A stretch of 64,000 nucleotides of DNA. Origin: an uncultured delta proteobacterium. Its GTDB lineage: Bacteria > Myxococcota_A > Polyangia > Polyangiales > Houyiibacteriaceae. The notes below the pieces were generated by a model that saw only the letters and a list, made by a program, of their open reading frames with translations, made no database searches and had not been told where the DNA came from. The translations under genes were made by a program, and so were the position numbers. The stretch's first letter is position 1. Each line of letters begins with the position of its first letter. This document shows positions 55,908 through 64,000 of the stretch, piece by piece. Where the stretch lies: positions 96,001 to 160,000 of the forward strand of contig CAVOVB010000008.1 of the NCBI GenBank assembly GCA_963699755.1. The letters run 5' to 3'.

Positions 55908-58487
55908 TTGAACGACGAAACTTACGAGCTCGGCGAAGGAGACGAGTCGGCTGCCAAACCAAGTCGTCCGGGCCTGCCAGTCGAGCCGCGGCGCTTGTTC
56001 TGTATCGTCGCCGATCATCGACAGCGATTGCTCAAGGCGTTTTTGATCGCCTCTTCCGTTTCACTACTTGCTTCCTTCTTCGTGCCTCGAACCTTCGAGT
56101 CTTCCGCACAGCTCTTGTACGAAGGAACCGCCGAGCTGGGACCCGAGCACGCGCAATCCACGCCAGATGCTTTCATCGATGCAGCAATGGCGCCGAGCCG
56201 CCTTCGCGAAGTGCGTGAAAAGCTGGGCTGGGACGTTTCGCTCGAGGAGCTCGAAAACGACATCGACGTCACGCTCGAGGGCAAGGCGGCGATGCGGATT
56301 GCCGCCCGGGCATCGACTGCAGAACGCGCGCAAGCGCTTGCGCAAGCAGAGCTCGACGTGTTTCTTGCTCGGCAGGTGGTGTTCAATCGAGCGAAGCTCG
56401 AACGCCTCGCGGCGGAGAACGAAAGCTCGATCGAGCACGCGAAGAAGAGACGCAAAGATGCCACTGCAGCGTATGAGGCGTTTCGCCGGAAGAGCGGGAA
56501 GCCGGATCTGATCCAGGAGCAACAGGAGCTCTTGCAACGCGCCTCCGGGCTACGCTCCAAAGCCGATGAAGCATCGGTGGAAGTGGCATCTCAGCAGGCT
56601 CGCATCCAAGAGTTGGAGAAAGCGCAAGCAGAGCTACCCCGTCAAATCGTCGCGACTGCAACCAAGGGCTCACCCGTCGATACTCCCCTTGCACAGGCGC
56701 GCGCCGAGCTCGCCGCGGCTCGTTCCTCATTGAGCGACGAGCATCCGCGGGTGCAGGCGCTCCAACAGAGGGTCGCCAGCCTTCAAGCGCAGAGAAAGGG
56801 CGAGAAGTCCGAAATCAGCGGGCAAACCTTGGCCAGCAATCCCGCCCGAGCTGCAGTTGACCAGCAACTCGCAACGGCCCGGGCCGCACTAGCAGCAGCC
56901 AGGGAGCGAGAGTCTGCACTCCGCGTCCTCTTGAAGGCGGCGCAGGACGAAGCGGAGGCGCTTGCACCGGCGGAAGGCGAAGCACGACAGATATTGGGCG
57001 CGCTCGAGGCTGCCGAGCAGCGGCTCGAGGCGCTGACCGTGCGCGGCGCCAAGCTTCGAGACGCCGCTCTGAGGCCGCTGACCGGCTTTCGGGTCATGTC
57101 CGCTCCGATGGTGCCAGAAGAGTCGACTCTCTCGCCCAAATTCACTCTGTCTCTGGTTTTGCTGCCCGTGCTCACTGTTTTGGTCTTCGCGTTGGGGATC
57201 GTCGCACGCAGGTTGCGGACCCTCGAGGTGGAGGCTCCCCGGGAGGTCGCGTGGTGGGGAAATGGTCCGGTGCTGGGCACCACCGTATGGCCGCGCAATC
57301 CAGGTGCGCTCGAGGCCTTTGTGGCCGAGCTCGAAGACCACGGCGTGCGGGGTTACGGGCGAACGCTCGTCGTGCCCGCCACCGAAGCTGATCGCGAGAT
57401 TGCCTGCTCGTTTGCGATGCGCCTCGCCGATGCTCCTTGGTTGGCGGCCGCAATCTTGGATGTCGGGGAAAGAGCTGGCACGGCCCAAGGCACCGGACCC
57501 CTGGTGACTCCGACTCCCAATCCGCGGGCGCCACGCCTCACGCCTCCGACGGTTTCCGCGCCGAGGCGGCTTTCGTCGCAAGCGACACCGTCGGCTGGAC
57601 CGGGACGAAGGTGGTCGCCACGTCCCACGATTCAGGGCGTCGAGCCGCCGGCCGGCGGCTCGGTTTCTCCGCCGCCAGTCGTGACACCTCCCCCGCAGGC
57701 AGATGCAAGCCCCGGGGTCAAGACCGCGTACTCATCGAGGCCGCCGCGCAAGAAGACCATGATCGGCTTGCCCGCGGTCGAATCGTCCCGTCCGCCGAGA
57801 ATCTCGACGGGGCCCCCCAGCGCTGCATCGGTCCCTCCGATTACATCAGCCGAACCGCCGATACCTTTGGCGGCCCCAAAGCCGTTTCGCCGCAAGCGCG
57901 GTGCCAGGGCGACGGTGCGCATGATGGTGCCGGTCCGGGACGCAAGTATCTCCGCGGGCAGGTCCGCTGCGGGTGGTGCAGGCGTCGAAGAAGAAGCTTT
58001 CTTGTTGACACGCCCAGTCCCTGTGGACAGCGATCAAGCCCCCCCCCAAGAGGGGCGCGCGGCTCGCGCGAGCTCGGAATCACTGGAGGCCGCCGCGTCC
58101 GATGCGGTGATGCGTGCCGCGGTTCGCTTGCTCGGGGAAGGGGATGAAGACGTTCGCAGCCTCCGACGCTCGGCGGCTCCGGGGCCAATGACCGCGCCCC
58201 GGAATTCCGGAAGCGTCACCGGGGTTGCCCTGGCCTGGAACGGTCCCTTGAGCGGCCCGATCCTTCGCCGCGCCGCGCGTCTCGCGCATCGGGTGATGGT
58301 GGTCGTCTCCTCTGGCACGACCGTGATCGACCTCGCGCGCATCCAGACACGTCTGGGCCGCGAGAAGGGCGTCGGCTACGTGCTCGTCAACGTCGGCGAC
58401 GCTTACGTCGGCCTCCAAGACCGCGTCGGGCCCGTAGAGGAGTTCTGGGAGGGCGTCGGCGACGGCAAGGATTCGAGGCGGGCCTAG
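55908..58487 (+). CDS. Polysaccharide co-polymerase (Wzc/GumC-like) with degenerate BY-kinase-like C-terminus
   Basis: TM1 + PRTFESSAQLL, long coiled coil with SDEHPRV, FRVMSAP..P, TM2, GPVLGT; no GK(S/T); TTG start after GAGG inferred. Confidence 0.72.
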   Translation: MNDETYELGEGDESAAKPSRPGLPVEPRRLFCIVADHRQRLLKAFLIASSVSLLASFFVPRTFESSAQLLYEGTAELGPEHAQSTPDAFIDAAMAPSRLREVREKLGWDVSLEELENDIDVTLEGKAAMRIAARASTAERAQALAQAELDVFLARQVVFNRAKLERLAAENESSIEHAKKRRKDATAAYEAFRRKSGKPDLIQEQQELLQRASGLRSKADEASVEVASQQARIQELEKAQAELPRQIVATATKGSPVDTPLAQARAELAAARSSLSDEHPRVQALQQRVASLQAQRKGEKSEISGQTLASNPARAAVDQQLATARAALAAARERESALRVLLKAAQDEAEALAPAEGEARQILGALEAAEQRLEALTVRGAKLRDAALRPLTGFRVMSAPMVPEESTLSPKFTLSLVLLPVLTVLVFALGIVARRLRTLEVEAPREVAWWGNGPVLGTTVWPRNPGALEAFVAELEDHGVRGYGRTLVVPATEADREIACSFAMRLADAPWLAAAILDVGERAGTAQGTGPLVTPTPNPRAPRLTPPTVSAPRRLSSQATPSAGPGRRWSPRPTIQGVEPPAGGSVSPPPVVTPPPQADASPGVKTAYSSRPPRKKTMIGLPAVESSRPPRISTGPPSAASVPPITSAEPPIPLAAPKPFRRKRGARATVRMMVPVRDASISAGRSAAGGAGVEEEAFLLTRPVPVDSDQAPPQEGRAARASSESLEAAASDAVMRAAVRLLGEGDEDVRSLRRSAAPGPMTAPRNSGSVTGVALAWNGPLSGPILRRAARLAHRVMVVVSSGTTVIDLARIQTRLGREKGVGYVLVNVGDAYVGLQDRVGPVEEFWEGVGDGKDSRRA

Positions 58488-58493
58488 GCGCGC

Positions 58494-58507
58494 ATTGCGG
58501 CCGCAAT
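58494..58507. promoter_or_regulatory. Perfect 14-bp palindrome upstream of the mutase operon (possible operator)
   Basis: ATTGCGGCCGCAAT, 14 bp upstream of a TAGCTT -10-like box. Confidence 0.4.
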
Positions 58508-58532
58508 CTCTCTAGTCTATCTAGCTTTCGCT

Positions 58533-60577
58533 GTGTCTCACTCTGACGAGCGAATGAACGCGTTTCCACCGGTGACCAAGTCCGACTGGGTTGCGAAGGT
58601 GGAGGCAGACCTCAAAGGCGCGTCTCTCGCAGGACTCCGCTCCGCCGCACCCGGTGACCCGTTCCTCGAGCCCCTCTACACGGCAGAAGATGTCGAGGGC
58701 CTGAAGGGTCCCGGCCTGCCCGGCGTTTTTCCCTATGTCCGCGGTGCATCAGCTCTAGGCGGCTGGGCAATTCGACAAGAATACGACGACGCGCGTCCGA
58801 GTGTTTGCAGGGAGATGATTCGGCAGGACCTAGACCGTGGCGTCGAGGCGCTGTGGTTGCGACTAGGGCCGCGCCGTGGATGCCGCGTGCTGACGATCGA
58901 CGAGCTCGATGACCTGCTCGGTGCCGTCGATCTTGGAACGACATCGGTCTGCGTCGACGGCGGCTCGGATGCGTTGGCCGTTGCGACCGGGCTACTGGCG
59001 GTCGCCAAGCGCCGTGGGGTGGCCTACGGTGAGCTCGAAGGCGGTCTCGGCTTCGACCCCTTGGGCTTGCTCGCTGCCGAAGGGTGTATTCAGGGCGGGC
59101 TTCAAGCGCGATTCGCCGAGCTGCGGGACCTGTCTGCCTGGTGTTCGAAAAACGCATCTGGTCTCCGCGCCGCAAACGTCTCGAGCGACCCGTATGACGG
59201 CGGAGGCGCGAGTGTCGTGCAGGAGCTCGCGTGCACGATCGCGACTGGAATCGAGTACCTTCGTCAACTCACCGACGCGGGAATGAGCGTTGACGCAGCC
59301 GCTCGTCAGATTCGATTCAGCTACGCGGTGTCGAGCGACTTCTTCACACAGATAGCGAAGCTTCGCGCAGCCCGCTGGCTCTGGGGCAAGGTGGTGGTCA
59401 GTTCGGGTGGGGAGCCTGATGCCGCGGCCATGCAGCTTCACTGCAGAACATCGCGCTTCGCCGCCACGAGGCACGACCCCTGGGTGAACATGTTGCGCGT
59501 CACCGCCGAGTGCACCGCCGCCGTGCTGGGTGGCGCGCAAAGCATCGCTACGCTGCCTTTCGACTCCGCAATCGGTCCTCCGGACGAGCTCGCGCGGCGG
59601 GTTGCGCGCAATACACAGGTGGTCCTTCGGGAGGAATCGCACCTCGGCAAGGTCGCCGATCCAGCGGGCGGCAGTTGGTTCGTCGAGCGACTCACCAGCG
59701 ATCTCGCACGCGCTGCATGGAACGAGATGCGCTCGATCGAGGCCGGAGGCGGTATCGTGGCCGCTCTTGGATCGGGCAGGCTGGTCGACGCGATTCGCGA
59801 AGTCGCCGACGAACGGGAGAAGGCTCTGTCCACGCGCAAGACCCCCTTGGTCGGCGTAAGCGAGTTCCCGAACCTACGGGAAGCCCCGGTCGAGCGCGTG
59901 CAAGTCTCGGACAAAGAGATCCACGGCCTGCTCAAGGCTTCCCTCCAATCGCTCGACCTTGGTGCGCATCGAGCTAGCCTTTTGGTTCTTTCGCGCTGCG
60001 TGCGAGACGCAAATCGCGAGCTCGGAGCGCTAACGGCAACCTGTTTGGATGCAACCATTGGCGGAGCCGACATGTACAGTGTCGCGACGGTGCTGCAGCA
60101 CGGCCAACCGGACTTTCATGTGGAGCCGATTCATCAGTGGACGGAATCGGAGACTTGGGAACAGCAGCGAGACCGCAGCGATCGCCAAGAAGTCCGACCA
60201 AAGGGGTTCCTTGCGAACCTCGGCTCGATCCCCTCGCACAAGTCGAGGGCAACGTGGGCGCAGAACCTCCTCGCTGCGGTAGGCGTGGACGCCGTGACCA
60301 ATGATGGCTTCGACGATCGCGACGCTCTGGTCGATGCCTGGAAGAGCGCGGCGACCCCGCTAGCGGTGATTTGCGGCAGCGACAGAGACTACGAAGCGAT
60401 GCTCGAGCCTACCGTGGCCGCCCTGAGGAAGGTCGGTTGCGACCTCATCCTGGTCGCAGGCCGTCCTTCAGAGCGCGCGAGCGCGCTCCGTGAGCTTGGG
60501 GTGAGCGATTTCATCTTCGTTGGTGCAGACGTGCTCAGCGTGATGACCCGGGTCCTCGATTCCATGGGGGTGCAGCC

Positions 60578-60581
<4 letters not shown>
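58533..60581 (+). CDS. mutA: Methylmalonyl-CoA mutase small (non-catalytic) subunit
   Basis: [50 protein letters not shown]; lacks DxHxxG. Confidence 0.9.
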
Positions 60582-62751
<2,170 letters not shown>

Positions 62752-62755
<4 letters not shown>

Positions 62756-63750
62756 GCCGTCTCGACACGCAAGCCTATGTCGACGGAGTGCGCGGCGGTG
62801 ACCGCGCCGTGCTTGCCAGAGCTATCACTTTGATCGAGAGCGAGAGGCTAGCGGACGCCGAGCTCGCTCAACAGGTCCTCGAAGCGCTCTTGCCCGAGAC
62901 GGGCGGGGCGCATCGAGTTGGCATCAGTGGTGTACCCGGGGCCGGCAAGAGCACGTTCATCGACGCCTTGGGGACGAAGCTCACCGGCGAAGGTCATCGC
63001 GTAGCGGTCCTCGCCGTCGATCCGACCAGCACTGTGAGCGGCGGGAGCATTTTGGGGGACAAGACCCGGATGGCGGCCCTCAGCAACGACCCCAAGGCCT
63101 TCATCCGTCCCTCTCCAACGAGTGGAACGCTCGGTGGAGTCGCTCGCAAGACCCGCGAAACGATTCTCCTCTGCGAGGCTGCGGGCTTCGACATGGTTCT
63201 GGTCGAGACGGTAGGGGTAGGTCAGTCCGAGACGATCGTAGCCGGGATGGTCGACTTCTTCCTGGTGCTGATGATCGCAGGCGCGGGCGACGAGCTGCAA
63301 GGGATCAAGCGCGGCATCCTCGAGGTAGCAGACATGCTCGCGATCAACAAAGCCGATGGTGACAATCGGCCCCGGGCGATTCGTGCGCAGGCCTCCTACC
63401 AGAGCGCCTTGCGCCTCATGCGCGGCCGGAGCGTGCCGCCCGTTGTGACCTGCAGCGCGCTCGAGAAGACTGGCCTCGGCGAGCTCTGGTCGCTGGTCGC
63501 CGAGTGCCTTCGAGATCGCGAAGCGTCTGGTGAGCTCCAGCAAACCCGAAGAGCCCAGCAGGTTCAGTGGATGTGGGACATGGTGGAGGACGGGCTTCGT
63601 CGTGCCCTCCGCGGCGACCCGGAGCTGTCTTCGCTCATCGAGCAGCTCGAAGACGCGGTCGGTCGGGGCCAGACGACACCAAGCCTGGCGGCGCTGAAGG
63701 TTCTTCGCCGCTTTGCTGAGCGGGCGGGGGACCTGCTCATGCGCGGCTGA
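62752..63750 (+). CDS. meaB: Methylmalonyl-CoA mutase-associated GTPase MeaB
   Basis: [46 protein letters not shown]. Confidence 0.97.
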
Positions 63751-64000
63751 GCTCGTCGGCGGCGTCTGGAGTTTTCGAATTCGCCTTCCCCCTGGGCCTC
63801 GGTAGCGGGCCGAGCAGCTCCGCAAGCCAACGGAGGTCGTCGCTGTGCGCAAGCGAATGCTTGATGACCATCGTCAGCGGTGCGGAGACGAGAGCACCGA
63901 CCGGCCCGAGCAACCAGCCCCAGACCACCATCGAAACCAGCACCACCAACGCCGACAGCCCTAGCGCGTGGCCCATGACGCGGGGCTCGATTGCGCCGAT
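63737..64000 (-). CDS. AI-2E family transporter, 3' part (runs off the window)
   Basis: IEPRVMGHALGLS..V..S..VWGWLLGPVGALVSAPLT. Confidence 0.85.
   Translation of the reverse strand: MGAIEPRVMGHALGLSALVVLVSMVVWGWLLGPVGALVSAPLTMVIKHSLAHSDDLRWLAELLGPLPRPRGKANSKTPDAADELSRA

Overview
High-GC (roughly 60-65% by eye), densely coding bacterial chromosome segment, most likely Myxococcota (MYXO-CTERM protein, MglA/SofG-family GTPase, AgmX/TonB-C-like lipoprotein; inference). Core content: dcw cluster mraZ-rsmH-ftsL-ftsI-murE-murF-mraY-murD-ftsW-murG-murC-ftsQ-ftsA-ftsZ (no murB/ddl), pyrR-pyrB, thiL, hisC, sdhCAB, a divergent ATP-type PEP carboxykinase, and methylmalonyl-CoA mutase small+large subunits with meaB. 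I saw no rRNA, tRNA, CRISPR array, transposase, integrase or phage gene. Best leads: (1) an operon MepA-like endopeptidase + esterase + ~1025-aa lipoprotein with an NlpC/P60 domain and a second, unrecognised Cys/His domain, preceded by a near match to the myxobacterial LexA box; (2) a CX4CH cytochrome-c-like lipoprotein coupled to a duplicated-domain outer-membrane beta-barrel; (3) an MglB-less MglA-family GTPase coupled to a PocR-sensor histidine kinase and thiL; (4) a -10 box 5-8 nt before the start codon at about ten operon-leading genes, suggesting pervasive leaderless mRNAs; (5) a stand-alone HD half of a CCA-adding enzyme; (6) an orphan Wzc-like protein whose degenerate kinase domain is split by a ~245-aa Pro-rich insert; (7) a FolB-cupin fusion paired with an SDR. 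All calls come from motif recognition by eye; no searches were run, and several start codons were re-chosen from the ORF track.
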